Below the pieces are notes generated by a model. That model was not told where the DNA came from and did no database searches. It saw nothing but the letters and a program-made list of their open reading frames with translations. From NCBI RefSeq assembly GCF_964204645.1, contig NC_134031.1:17471807-17535806 (forward strand): DNA of 64,000 nt, read 5' to 3'. A program made the position numbers and the translations under genes. This DNA comes from Tubulanus polymorphus (taxonomy: Eukaryota; Animalia; Nemertea). Shown here in pieces: positions 23,814-36,580 of the stretch; within the stretch, counting starts at the first letter, position 1; every line of letters starts with the position of its first letter.

Positions 23814-25555
23814 CTTCGAAACTCTCTATGAATATATGTTGAGAAAATGCAGACTGATGCATAGAATATTACGATATTTCACATAAATCAAGGGTTTGTC
23901 GGAAATGCGCCATTTTATATCCGACACGAAATATTCTATCAGCGCTCGATAACACGGAATCAATGTTGAAGTCTGCACGGTACATTCTAATCAACAAACA
24001 AACTCCTGTGGGACAAAAATAGCGCTTTTCATATCGAAAAAAAAACTTATCAGTGTTTTCTTATTAAATACACTACCACAGTATTGCCAAAATTGGAATT
24101 AGGATTTTGACGGATATGACGTTATGTATTATGAATGGCGAAAATATTGTCTTTTTCATTATAGAGTTCTGACTATACAATTACATGCAGTATATGAATT
24201 CAGCTATTTCATTTCTCGAGTGAATTCGTAACTGTCTGACCAGAGGCAATGACTTCCTACTAATAGCAACATGGTTGAAGAAAAACCAAATTGGAATTGC
24301 GTAAACCTGATAACTTGGTTTTTTTCTTATCGGCGTTGATTAAAATATCACGGTTTGCTTTGGTTGAACAAGCTTTTCACGCTTGAGTAAATCGACTACG
24401 CAAAACACAATCGCGTTAGGTTTTCCGTTGCGTAGTTTCGCCACAACAACAGGTGCTACGCCATAAGGCGGAAAAATTTCGGCGTAAACGAATTGGTTAA
24501 CAGATTTAGACGTTCAACTGATCATCTTTTTTTAAGTCCATTCCGTTCTAAATAAACTGCAACATTTCAACTGTACGTATATGCATTATGTCGCTGAGTA
24601 CTTGTTCATTATTTGGTTGGCCTTTTAACAATGCATCAGTCCGTATCATAATCTCTCTCTTGAAGAATACGGAACTTCATTAAGCCGACGGTTATTGGAA
24701 ATACACGATCAAAATAACCAGGTTATTGCTGGCACCGCCTACTACTATTCAGAAATATGATATTCAGAATGCCGACAACATCAACTGATTTGATCATGTA
24801 GAACGTATTTTATTACGAATCGTGATTATTTCTTTACGAGAGACTCCATGGCTGTTACGGTGCTGATTTAACGCGTCAGTTGAAACGATTAATGCCCGGT
24901 TATCATCGTCCATCCCCCGGTCAAACCGACGATTAACGCCGATCGACAAGATCATAAAATTCAACATTCTTTATTCGCCTTCGTTGGCAGAAGTCCATCG
25001 TGATTCAGAACAACCGCTACCGGGCTTAATTCACTATCGATATCTTTATTTTTGCGTTAACTCCACAACCCTGAGATACAACTATGAATGGATCATATTT
25101 CAAAAGAATGCGCGAGATGAAATATATTGTGGCAAAAAATCAAGCCACAAAATAGAATATCCAATAAATGCTAAGGGTTTTATTACCAGAACAATGGCTA
25201 AATGAAAAATGATCTTGCGCATGTAACAACTAAACTTCGGAATTAAACTATATTATATAAAATCAATCACGCATTCATTTTTCAAATTAAAAACATGTGA
25301 AACTATTTTCGTTTCTGTGTAAACCTGATATCATTCAAACAGAATGTGCTGAATTAATTAATCATCGAAGTTGATTCTACGTGATATTAACTTTAATGAT
25401 ATAATGAATCTAGAAATGGGAATGGTACACGTAAAAACAGATGCAAATGTATAGAAATATAAACGAGTTTGCGACGGGGAATCATTAAACTTTTCAAGTC
25501 TTTTTTTTTCAGATGAAAAGGCTTTGTTAGAAACAAATAGTCATTATTCACTTAC

Positions 25556-25746
25556 CGGTTATGAGGGTGTCGTTAAAGTTTCGCCAACTGGTTTTAGTTG
25601 TTTCGCTTTTGTAAAAATCCGAAATCGGATATTTCTCTGTAACTTGTATCGGCGGAGTTGACAAATCAGATGTTGTAAGTTGTTGTGATGTTGTTCGGTG
25701 CTTTCAATGCGTTTGATGAGTGAGTGAATGCGTGGTGTATGACTGA
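25556..25746 (-). promoter_or_regulatory. Probable non-coding first exon and TSS of the neuropeptide gene
   Basis: Minus strand: initiator-like TCAGTC (25746-25741), then an A/C-rich leader with no ATG that I can see, ending at a consensus donor CCG|GTAAGT at 25556. Linkage to the 9.6-kb exons is inferred. Confidence 0.5.
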
Positions 25747-28700
25747 TGGTGATGCGAGTTGGTTCGATAAGTCCGCGTGAAACCAGCCATTCGCTTCTAA
25801 CTATTAGTGAGAGAGATAGAGAGTCAACGCGCAACAACTCCTGATATTGAATTATTAACTTTTTACTTTTATTTGAAGAAACCTGTAGGCGCGTGTTCTA
25901 ACTTATCATTAATGATCAAATTCTGTCCGTATAACGTAGGATAACTTGTAGGCGGGGAACATACGTTTATTCTCTCTCTATATATATATATATAAGTAAT
26001 AGACCAATTTCTTCTGTCATCGTCTTAATGTTTCTATTCGCCGTATATATATATGCCTTGGCTAATTTAACGCGTGAGACATAAAAGAGACGATCATATG
26101 AATTCTCCGTGAAAATGCGTTCGACGTAAATTTACAACGATAAACGGATATAAAAGATAAAACATTTCATACACGTTTTAAAACATCAAATGGTTTTCGC
26201 TGATGATTCTCTTTGTTCGTTCTATTCATGATGTGTTTGATTATTTGGTCTATAACGCGGCTGCCAAAAAGATGAAATATATACGAAAACGATTCGTTGA
26301 AAATCTACCGAAACGTTAACTGACGAAATTAACAACGGCGGAAGAGAATTTAGTAATCGGCTCATGTAATCAAGGTTCAACGAAAGGCCAATACTTAACG
26401 ACATTATAGCCTTATGTCCTTGATACGGTAAGAATTAAACATTTTAAGCCAATGCCGAAATTAGATATCTACGTATCGTGCGCCCGATAGGAACAAGCTT
26501 TTAACCATCAATGAACGCAATAGAAAATAAACAATAAACTTTTCTGTCTCGGCATGGTGTTATTTTTACCAGTGTCCTTTTTGTAGAATGAACCGGAAAA
26601 TCTAACTCATCCACAGGGCCTGCCAGATGCTGGGACCTTACTCAGCCCAAAGCCAACAAGCCAATGAGCTTCGCACCTGTCCTTCAGACTAGCCTTTATT
26701 CTTTACATTTATAAGACGCGGAGAAGTCGATTTTGGCAAAGTAAAAAATCATGTTTTCTACGTACATCATCTATCGATATACGCTTATTGAACGTTATAA
26801 TAATTTAGAATATATCCGTATATCATTTCAGGAAATCGATTTCGGATCTCTGCTGGTTTGAAGAAACGATCAATAGACGATTTCTAATGAAATCGCCGAG
26901 GTCAATGTGAACTGACACTCGTCGGCGAAACATATTGCTTCGATTTATTTACTTTTGCCGAAATTTGACAGCGAACGGCAAGTGAACGCTATACCGGCGA
27001 TGAGTCTGAGTGTCATCCATAAATAATGTCCGGTTTTGTAATTATACGCGCACAACTAACGAACAAATGGCGCATACGTTGATGGCATTCCATCGTTACG
27101 CTTGCCGGAAATAATATTCCGACGTGATTTCGTGTTGGCGTCCGTATCTTAGTGATCCTTTATTTACCGATACGCGAATGACTATCTGTGATAGAACCAT
27201 TGTATTCGGACGCGGTTTTTGTTGCTCCGTTGATATTTTCCTTGCATATTTTTCACCATATACGGCCGTTAACATCCATCATTCACGACGTGGTTCGGTG
27301 ACGCATCTCCTATAGGAGTATTAATTGTGCAGATGAGTTTCCTTTCACAGTTGATTTGTTGAAGTACTGCTCAATAAGTTGCGTTACTGGGGAGCAGTAG
27401 CACAAAACTTTAGCATCAACATAAATCAGACATTGGTTCATCACCTGAGACCATCGGTTGATAATGGGGGGGGGGGCAAGGCACCAGTCACCCCATGGGC
27501 AATGAATTAAACACCAATCCTTGATGTACCGTCATTTTTAGAATTACGATATATGCACAAACCATATGATTTATCACACGGTCGAGATAATAAAACAATC
27601 CACAAAACAATAAACTGGTGCGATGCCATGTCCTGTAACGGACATTTTGGTCGCTTAATCGGTCAGAAGAGCTTTCCGTTATGTCGTATAATACGGGTTT
27701 ACGATAATAGATAACATAATCTAGGTATGAAATCCCTCGGTTATTGCTACTAAATGAATCAATAATGTGACCATTTCCATTAACTTTCTGGTTTATTTAA
27801 AATGTGTAATAACAGTAATAAGTTTTTTCACGAAATATATACCGTAAACATACTACATTTTTTACCCGAAATACTCCGTAAAAAAAACTTACGAATGTCT
27901 CGTATCATGTGAGGTGAAAAACAATGTGTCAAACCTTTCAGGTCTGCGCTAATTGAGCGTTTCAGATCACATTAGCTCTACCCGGCAATCAGGTATGGTA
28001 TTCATACTTACCTAGGACTAATTCAATAAATTCGCGTTGACTTTCGGCTTCGTCGAGAAATTCACTGCAAATTCAATTTTCTACCGTATATAAGTGTAAA
28101 CCATTACTTTAATCTTAATTCTAAAATCGAGAATATTTTCCAAACTGAAACAACAGTTCGATTGAATGGATATAAAATTCCATCGTACCGGGGGCACCAG
28201 GAGCGCATCCGGAACCATTATCAACTGTATTCCGGATTTTAGAAGGGCACTTCATAGCACAGGGCATCTTTTCACGGCTACTGCCTATCTAACAGATCCC
28301 CGTGTAGCATTATATAAGGCCCCCCTACACAAATATCGCCTGGACTGTTATTCGTTAAGGTAGAAATCATTTTTAAAATCATCTATTGATAGAATATGCC
28401 AGAAAATACATTTTCTGGGGGAAGGGCATTATTTTTATTCACCACTGTATTCCGGAATACGGTCTGGGTACCGCGCCTATGCGTACTTGAGTTATTCATC
28501 TTAACCGAACAAAATGACATTTAACTTAGCGCGTGTATTCTCCACAGGTTCATTATATTCGCTTTAATTGATCGAAAGGACAATTCTAGAGGGAAACAAA
28601 TGATAAAACGGCACTTAAAGATGACTAGCGGTTTGAAATGGGAAACGCAGCGCCAAGAGAGATAGGGAAATAGAGGAAGCTGTTGATTAAAGATCCGAAC

Positions 28701-31700
28701 GGAGAACTCATAAAAGTGTTAAATACATCGCTGAAAGTGAGTTCACTGCGGCAATTAACAGATAATTTCCTTCTTATGAGTCGAGAGACAACTTCATCGA
28801 ATCGACCAGATGCTTTCGAGGAAGATTTCTAAGGCGCTCTCGTTAGATGCGCCGCGGTGAAATTTCTCCACTTTGAACTTGGAAAAAAAAAATAAAACAT
28901 CTCCATACTTCAAAGTTGATTTAAACATTTCTGCGATAACAGCCGAGTTGATTGAGGACGTTTCGAACCTTCAATCTGTGATCACGGTGATCACACAGAG
29001 TGATCGCGTCGTGTATTCAACTCATTTTATCTAGTGACCCGAAATAAAGAAAAAACGATTAAAAAGTTTTCGAGGGTGAGAGGAGATGATTGTAACGACT
29101 TATGTCTGAAATATATAGAGAAAAGGTTGACTACCCCTTTGTCCGGGACATTTTTAGTCTTGCTTGGTTTGTCCTAAATATTATCTAAATCACTTCTTTA
29201 CAAGCGGCGAATGTACAAAATTGGCAATAAGATCTTCAACAATCCTATGATATATTTTTTTTTTTCCAAATTTCGAAGTCTGTTTAATTAGGCAGACAAC
29301 AAAAATTAACCCCAATCAGTCGCTTGCCGGTTCAGAGATTGTTTGAATGAACCAGAACCGAAATTATGTACTTCGATTTAAACAATTCTTTTCGTTCCCG
29401 GCAGGACGAAAGTGGTGGGTTTGTAAGAGAAACATAACCAATAGAATCAAATACATAAACAGGGACAAGATCAAAAGATTGGATGTTGAATATAACAATA
29501 GACCCCAACTCAGTTTTTTTCTCGTCTTGTGAGCAACAGATTAAAAAATGGACCGAATCAGAAAAATTTACGGAGTGAACACGTAAAAAACATCATCATT
29601 TACAAGAAGTGTTTAACAACAGAAGATCGCTCGCTCGCTCGCTCGTATCAGTCATCGTTTTACGCGACGTTCGCCGAAGATAGCCGATCAGTCATTGTTA
29701 CACGGAGAAAGTCTGAGTGTCTCGGGCTGATAACGAAAGTAATTTCTCGTCGAATCATCGAACCGAACAGATGCAGTATCGTCGAATCGAGTCAAAGGAC
29801 ACGGCACGCATAGTCCCCGGATAGTCGTTCATCTCTTAGAGCAGTTCCATGATGATAAGTATCGAAGACGTGTCGACACTGAATGGATGTACTCCCGACA
29901 CGAGTGGTTGATATTGGCGATCGAACCACTCGACCTAGTACTCACTCAATCTGTAATCAACTCTCGTTCTCTGATTTCCCGGATAGTTTCCCGTCTCGTT
30001 ATTTTGTCCGGCTCTTTTTGTATGCCCGTTTTCCTAGGTACCTTTTCATCAATGAAGTTGGCGAGTGGCATGCTGACTTGGAAAGTCGATGTACACAAAC
30101 TCTCTAGTTCTTATCCGTTAATGCTTCTATTATGCAATGATTATGTTTCATTTTATCAATAATTCAACAATGGACTAAAAAATTCAACGGCAATATCCGT
30201 AGATTGACTTCCATGATTTAAGCCTGCTAAACGCCATCAGCGCATAATAGAATGACATAAAACAACGCCGTCGTAATTTATTTGCGCGCAATATCGCATT
30301 TTTAAGCGGCGGAGTTGAGTCGGCATGCGGTTGCTTTTAACGAACCTTGCCGGTACGATTTTCAGTGTCGCTACCGCTGATATTTATTTTCCTAGTGAGC
30401 AATAACCCGTAAGATAATTCGCGCCCCCTGCTGGCAACTTCATTAACTCCATCGTGTTTCTGCAAATATATTTTGTTGCGTGTAACAGGTTAGCCGGTAC
30501 GGAACAGAATCAGTCAAATCCACGAATCTCTAGCTTTCCATGTGATATTTCAATGAATATCCGCCCCGTAGCTCTAAAAGAATAAGCGCAACTCCCATCG
30601 ATCAATTGGTTTTTAAATTATGAATATTTTGACCATAGTTGATACCGTTATTCCGCTGTCGTCTGACAAGATAGATGAGTCGCATTCATATTGGCAAAAG
30701 ATAAATATCTATTAGACGACGACGATGCTGGATGTTGGTTGTCAGGTGTGATTATTGCGGTATCATTTCCGGCGAGCACTTAATAAAAATTTGACACAGT
30801 CAACTGCCGCGGAAACTATCAATATTTTACCACAAAGTCTTACGCTAATCATCACCATCGGTCTTTCCAAAACAAGGTGAAAAGTTCAAGCGAGAAAAAC
30901 TTTGATAATTTCGCACGAAAGAATGTCCGACCATTTTTGGCTATAAAACGTCATTGTAATAGATCTTATTTTCACACGAGGAGAAATGTATCAAAATGAA
31001 TCAGATTCCGGCTTGATTTCGATTTACTATTCTATCAACGATCGAATATGAAGATAATAGAAATCAATCGAGCACATGTTTTAGGCAAATACCTTAGTTT
31101 AATAAAGTGAGACTTTTCAAGAATCTGTTTACTAAACAGAAAATAAATAAATAGATAAATGGGGTTAAATTGCAATTAGCTGACATCGGAAAACATTCTC
31201 CCATCAGGACTTTTCAAAAGTCGGCTTACGGAAATGTTCCTATCGTTCCGAATGTATTCCAGGGGCGGAAAAAGTTGAAGGATTCAGTTCGCCTTGGTAC
31301 CAGTCAGTGTTGTCTTCGCGTCGCCTTGATTATCAGCATTTCAGTTTCTGTTATGATATAATAGTAACCGCGCCTTCGTTATCACATATAACAGGCAAAT
31401 ACAATATGATTGCCTGTAGCCGTACGCTGCAGCCGTTTATGCCCTTAATCTTGAAATGAAAACCCACAGAACCGGTATCAAATACGACGGTTTTCTTTGT
31501 TCACTCTTATCGATGACCGGTTTTTGCGATGTTGACGTCCATCGCAACGTCAATTTCCAAGTTTCGTGTAGCGAAAAGGGATTTCCTCCCGGGAATAAAC
31601 ATGCTCGATAACATTACCGAAGCTATAAAAACGCAGTCGTCTGGACAGTGTTCCTCCATAGCGCAATTTTCTCCGAAGCAGATTTTGAGCCAACGATGGC

Positions 31701-32019
31701 TGCAAACGCGCAACGTCGAAGCTTGTAGTTATTATCGAAGGTCGAGAACAATATTTATTATACCCAGTGGAACCGCGTTACAACGAACTTCATGGGACAA
31801 GTAAATCTGTTAAAGGGTCCCTACAGATCAGTCATTCCTGGATATAAGGAGTTTTAAAGGAGAAAATTTATAATTTCGAGGAAGTGTCTGCATCAGTTTC
31901 ATATCCCAATTACTGTAGCCTCAATCGAAACTGTTTATTTCGGTAAACTATTAATTCCACGGCTTTTTGTAAGCAAATTTACATCCTGTACACTACGTAC
32001 AAAAATCGGTTTTTCAATT

Positions 32020-32200
32020 CGGTAACCGCCTAATTGGGTAAAAACTCGAGGTCCTAACCGAATCGATACAGGCGTAGCTTAATGTACTACAAACATTTCT
32101 AATTGCCTTTTTCTCAAAATTGAAGGAGTTTTGGGCATTTTGCTCATATTAAAGAGTTTCAAGCACCTTTAAGCATTTTCCATTTAGGAATCAATGAGTT
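32020..32200. repeat. Dispersed repeat family B; further copies at ~32820-32925 and ~42960-43170 in the opposite orientation
   Basis: GAAGGAGTTTTGGGCATTTTGCTCA.ATTAA.GAGTTTCAAGCACCTTT here versus AAAGGTGCTTGAAACTCCATTAATTTGAGCAAAATGCCCGAAACTCC at ~32860. TAACCGCCTAATTGGG here versus CCCAATTAGGCGGTTA at ~43150. Confidence 0.8.
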
Positions 32201-32621
32201 GAAGGTCCCCAATAGTTCGTAATAATTTGGGATAAGGTTCTAGGCCTGTAATAACCGATAAATGGTTACAACAGAGGTCATTATAAACGGGGTTCCTACT
32301 ATGTTACTTATTCACCGAAGAATTTTGTCGATGCATTCAGCGACGACCAGGGTAATGAGTATATTGAAATTCACCCATAGACAAGCATATTTTACTACAC
32401 GGGTCCTTCCCGTAAATTAAAGAAACTCAGTCGTGTATTGTTCATCTACATTTAGAAAATACACGTTCACCTCACAGCCTATTCCACAACTCCTAGCGGT
32501 CAAAACTTATTTCTTTTCAATTATCTGAACTCATAAAGCACGACCAATAAGCAAATCAGAGACACAAGAGAAGAGACGAAGTAATTATATTCTATATACA
32601 CTAAAATTTTATTTGTGAGCC

Positions 32622-35474
32622 TTATCCATCACTGAGGAAAAACTGTTTTTTAGCAGTGTTCATATACGGCCTGTAAACCCATTCGACATCAGCTGTCTCC
32701 GCATTCTCCAACGTACCTTGTTTAATTTCATACACTGAAACAAAGAAAATATGTATTTCAATTCATGTACGTATGATTCTGAGGAATTAATGAGAATATC
32801 TTAATGGGTTCTTATGACTCCTTGATTCGTTAGAAACTCCTTAACAAATGCTTTTAAAGGTGCTTGAAACTCCATTAATTTGAGCAAAATGCCCGAAACT
32901 CCATTTAAAACTCCTTCACTCGTGAGAAATCTACTTACATTTCAATTCGAATCTTGGTCCGACTTCGGTAAGCTCAATTTCTTTATGATCGACTTTCTTG
33001 TAAATATGATGTCTGCAAATGGAAAATGATTCACATGTCAAATAACTCAAAAATTTTATGAAGGAAATATTTTCAGGGGGGCCACTTGACTATTCCCTGA
33101 CCTGCACGTTACTTTCCCTGACTCGATCTGCTAAGAATCCAATCAATTAACACTGTTTGATTTTACACGCGAGCTCGCAACAAATTTCTCTGACTTTTCC
33201 CGGGTTTTTAGCTTTTTTTTAACAAAATTTCCTGACTATTCCTAACTTTTTTAAAGAAAAGAAACTTCCCTGACTATTCCCTGATTTCCAGGTAAGAAGC
33301 AACCCTGAAAGATTATAAATGTATGGTACCTAAATGAAATTTGATCCCCTTCATTCGCGAAAGTGATCACTCTCTTGCTTTCATCTTTCGGCACCGGGAA
33401 GAGATACTTCAGGATGTTCATCACACGCTCGCCGAGTCGCGATTTGAAATTGTGGAATATTAAATGCGGATACGCTTCGGACATCGTGCCACTATCGGGT
33501 ATATCGTGTCGCATGATCGTGTTCGACATTGTAAAATGCGCTGTAGGTCCGTACGGCAAATGACAAACAATGAGGCCATCTACAAACATAAACAAGATTG
33601 ATTATTGAAAATGATCATTATTACAAAATCATGATATCTTCATATTTTTAACTATTTTTTACATGCCAAATAAAATAATCACAGGGCTAAAAAAATCTAC
33701 CTTGCATATTGCTTTTTTAAAATCATGATCTCAAACTCAGGAGTTATAGAAATAAACTGATACAAATTGTGTTGGAGTTAACAGTATGACCTGGCCGACT
33801 ACAAGAAACAAGGTATCATTTTTTAGCCTTTACTGGGTTTTTAAAATACAGTAAAAAGTACTAAATACGGTAAATTCCATAATAACGCCACGGTTGGAGG
33901 TCCAATGAAAAACAAGGCATCAAAACGAATTTGGCGTCGTAAAGAACAGTATCTTCATTGAATATCAAGATTGAGCAAATTTGTGTTCTCAGAAGAAAAT
34001 GTTGGCGTTAACAGAGCAGTGGCATTAAAATGGATGACATTATAACAAACTTTGACTGTATTAAGTATTACTCGTCCTTAACGGTCGGAGAAGAATTGAT
34101 AAAATTACCCGGTTGCCCTCTGTGCTCGTGGAGTAATATCAGATCAGTGACTTCGTTCGCACGGCACGCATCCATCAGTTGTTTCATCTCGTAGTTACCA
34201 CGATTTATCCGCTGAGAATTCGGGAATATGAGTCTCATTTCCTGAAAAAAAAAACACGAATAATCAGTGGTTACTTTTATTTTACAAGCTCTTACGTCGA
34301 CTATTCCCTGACATGCACGCAGATAATTAGATTGTGAGTCAGAGCAAATAGTTTGGGGAGTTTTCCCTAACTAGATCTACTTAGCATACAATCAATTAAC
34401 ACTCCCCAAACTATTTGCTCTTACGCATGATCTAATCATCTCAAAATATTTCCCCGACTTTTCCCTAGCTCTTTTCCCCCAAATTCCATGACTATTCCCT
34501 GCTTTTTTTTTTAAAGAATGAAAATTCCCAGACTTTTTCCTGATTTCCTGGAAAATTGCCACCCTGATAAGGATGTGATGATTCCATAATTTCAACTCAC
34601 AGTGAAATGAAACCCGCTGAACAATAACATACCTTTGCAAACATTTTCAGGCGGGAACTCGGATCTCGAGATGTAGTGACTACAATTTTCGGGTCAGTTA
34701 CCCCGGCCCATCGGTACTCATCATCGATGTGCGTCGTCAAACCTGCAGAATGTAGAGCGAATCAAGCTTCAAAAATGATTATGTGAGGGCTCAGGAATAT
34801 TCGTCTAGTAAAATAAAGTTTAGTTAATTTTTGTAAAGACAGTATAAATTGAAAGAATTGTACATACCATCAGCCCCTTCATCATCCCAATTCAACGTTT
34901 TCTCCAACGCGACGGCATCCGAAGCTAAATCTGTCGGTAGCTGTTTATTTTCTGTTTAAAAACAAATAAACTGATTATTTTCCAGACCAACAAGAAAGAC
35001 AATACAGGATATAGTTTGACAGTGTTGTGTCACGATAAGGTATACCTTTACTTCTGGGAAATTATGAGCATCAAGTTAACTGATAAGGGTATTACTTGGT
35101 CCAGGACATTGAAAATTGTAGTTTGAAATATTATTTAGAATTTTCGAATACTTGAATTGAATAACTAACCATCTATAGCATTTTTTAATTTTTGCTTTTT
35201 CTCTGCTATCGTGCGATCCCGGTCTTCTATAGACTTCCTATAAATATATTCCCTTCGAAGTCGAGCTTGTCGGCGCAACTAAAATGAAATGAGCGAGTTT
35301 CACCAGTAAATACAGCTTAATCATTGAAAAATTCAGAAAGATTCAATAAACTATATTTGACTTTGGAGCGTCTGAACCCGGAAGTAAATCAATTCTCGGT
35401 TTTAACGGTTAGAAAATGAACATGAAAATTACTAAATATAGTTTTGAGAATAGAGTACGTAAAGTTGTTACCAT
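32622..35474 (-). CDS. IMP4: U3 snoRNP protein IMP4 (Brix domain); 8 coding exons
   Basis: Exons: ATG only 35474-35472 (ATG|GTAACA), 35278-35170, 34951-34868, 34742-34633, 34241-34109, 33579-33330, 33012-32939, 32734-32622. Translation: MLRRQARLRREYIYRKS...HIDDEYRWAGVTDPKIVVTTSRDPSSRLKMFAKEMRLIFPNSQRINRG...HEHRGQPDGLIVCHLPYGPTAHF...ELTEVGPRFELKLYEIKQGTLE...EWVYRPYMNTAKKQFFLSDG*. All introns are GT-AG with consistent phases; AATAAA follows the stop. Confidence 0.97.
33075..33307. repeat. Dispersed intronic repeat family C (TTCCCTGA-rich; CAGGG...CCCTG ends)
   Basis: Repeated TTCCCTGAC units bounded by CAGGGGGGCCAC and GCAACCCTG. Related degenerate copies lie at ~34300-34567, ~46190-46400 and ~48925-49200 (the last two inverted). 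Confidence 0.65.
34326..34436. repeat. Intronic inverted repeat (hairpin) in IMP4
   Basis: Perfect 21-bp arms AGAGCAAATAGTTTGGGGAGT (34341-34361) and ACTCCCCAAACTATTTGCTCT (34401-34421), extended by imperfect outer pairing. Confidence 0.85.
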
Positions 35475-35880
35475 AGTTAATCTAGGAATCGGTATTATTC
35501 GATAAGTAACCGAAGAAACAGACGTAAAAAGTGTCACACGAACACATGGACGGGTATAACTCTGTGTCGTGACTCTTTCGCAAGCGCGACAGACCCGCTG
35601 TACGGACTTCGGCCCGGATTTAAACAAATGAATAACAAACGGCGGCTACAATGCGGTTTCGAATACCATCCGGATCCGATTCATTAGTTTCATAATAAAT
35701 GAAAATACAATAAATGAAATATACGCGACCCCCCCCCCCCCCCCGCGCTCGCCCGGAAAGAGATGAAGGTTATACGAGCTCAATAAGGTCTCACCAATAA
35801 TACGCTCACCGCGTGGGCTTCGTAGAAAGACCACTGCCTGTGGCCTTCCCAAATTTTAATTGACCTGTCTGATTTGGTCC

Positions 35881-36580
35881 CGTACATCCTCTATTCAGCA
35901 TTATGACCACTCTGAATCAGCATCAGTAATTACTGGGTTCGAACCCGGGACACCCCGGTACATCCTCCATTCAGCATCAGGGCCACTCTGAATCGGTATC
36001 AGTAATTACTGGGTTCGAACCCGGGACATCCCCGTACATCCTCTATTCAGCATCAGTAACGCTCTGAATCACTTATCAGTCATTACTTTTGTTAAGATAT
36101 CAACATTTTACCGTACGGTGCTGCCTCTATGCTCATCGTTAGCGGGATTTTTATACACTAACGTTAGTCAACTCTGGCAAGCTAAGGTCACGGAGTGTAA
36201 CGGCGCATAACATAACTGGACAGCACGTCGATTGCCAGAGTTGACTTTAGTTAGTGTATGAAAATCCCGCTAACGATGAGCATAGCGGCAGCACTGTACG
36301 GTCGGGACACCCCTGTACATCCTTTATTCAGCATCAGGACAACTCTGAATCAGTATCAGTAATTACTGGGTTTGAACCCGGGACACCCCTGTACATCCTC
36401 TATTCAGTATCAGTACCACTCTGAACCAGCATTATTGATTACTGTGTTCGAACCTGGGACACCCCTGTTCATCCTTTATCCATCAGGACCCTGAATCACA
36501 GTACACCCCGTACATCCTCTATTCAGCATCAGGACCACTCTGAATCAGTATCATTAATTACTGGGTTTGAACCCGGGACA
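35881..36580. repeat. ~76-bp tandem array (about 7 units) containing a Pol III B-box-like motif
   Basis: Consensus unit GTACATCCTCTATTCAGCATCAGGACCACTCTGAATCAGTATCAGTAATTACTGGGTTCGAACCCGGGACACCCC. Copies start near 35882, 35958, 36034, 36315, 36391, 36467 (truncated) and 36510. Confidence 0.9.
36116..36296. mobile_element. Tc1/mariner-type MITE inserted in the tandem array
   Basis: 181 bp with ~65-bp terminal inverted repeats (C(G/A)GTGCTGCC.CTATGCTCATCGTTAGCGGGATTTT...AGTCAACTCTGGCAA), flanked by TA on both sides, with no coding capacity. Confidence 0.85.

Noticed and set aside
29846-29887. Box C/D snoRNA-like ATGATGA...CTGA
   Set aside because: The boxes span only ~35 nt, there are no C'/D' boxes, the terminal stem register is not canonical, and it is not in an identified host intron.
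35881-36580. tRNA gene cluster
   Set aside because: A B-box is present, but I could not build an acceptor stem, anticodon arm or fully paired T-stem. It is kept only as a possibly tRNA-derived repeat.
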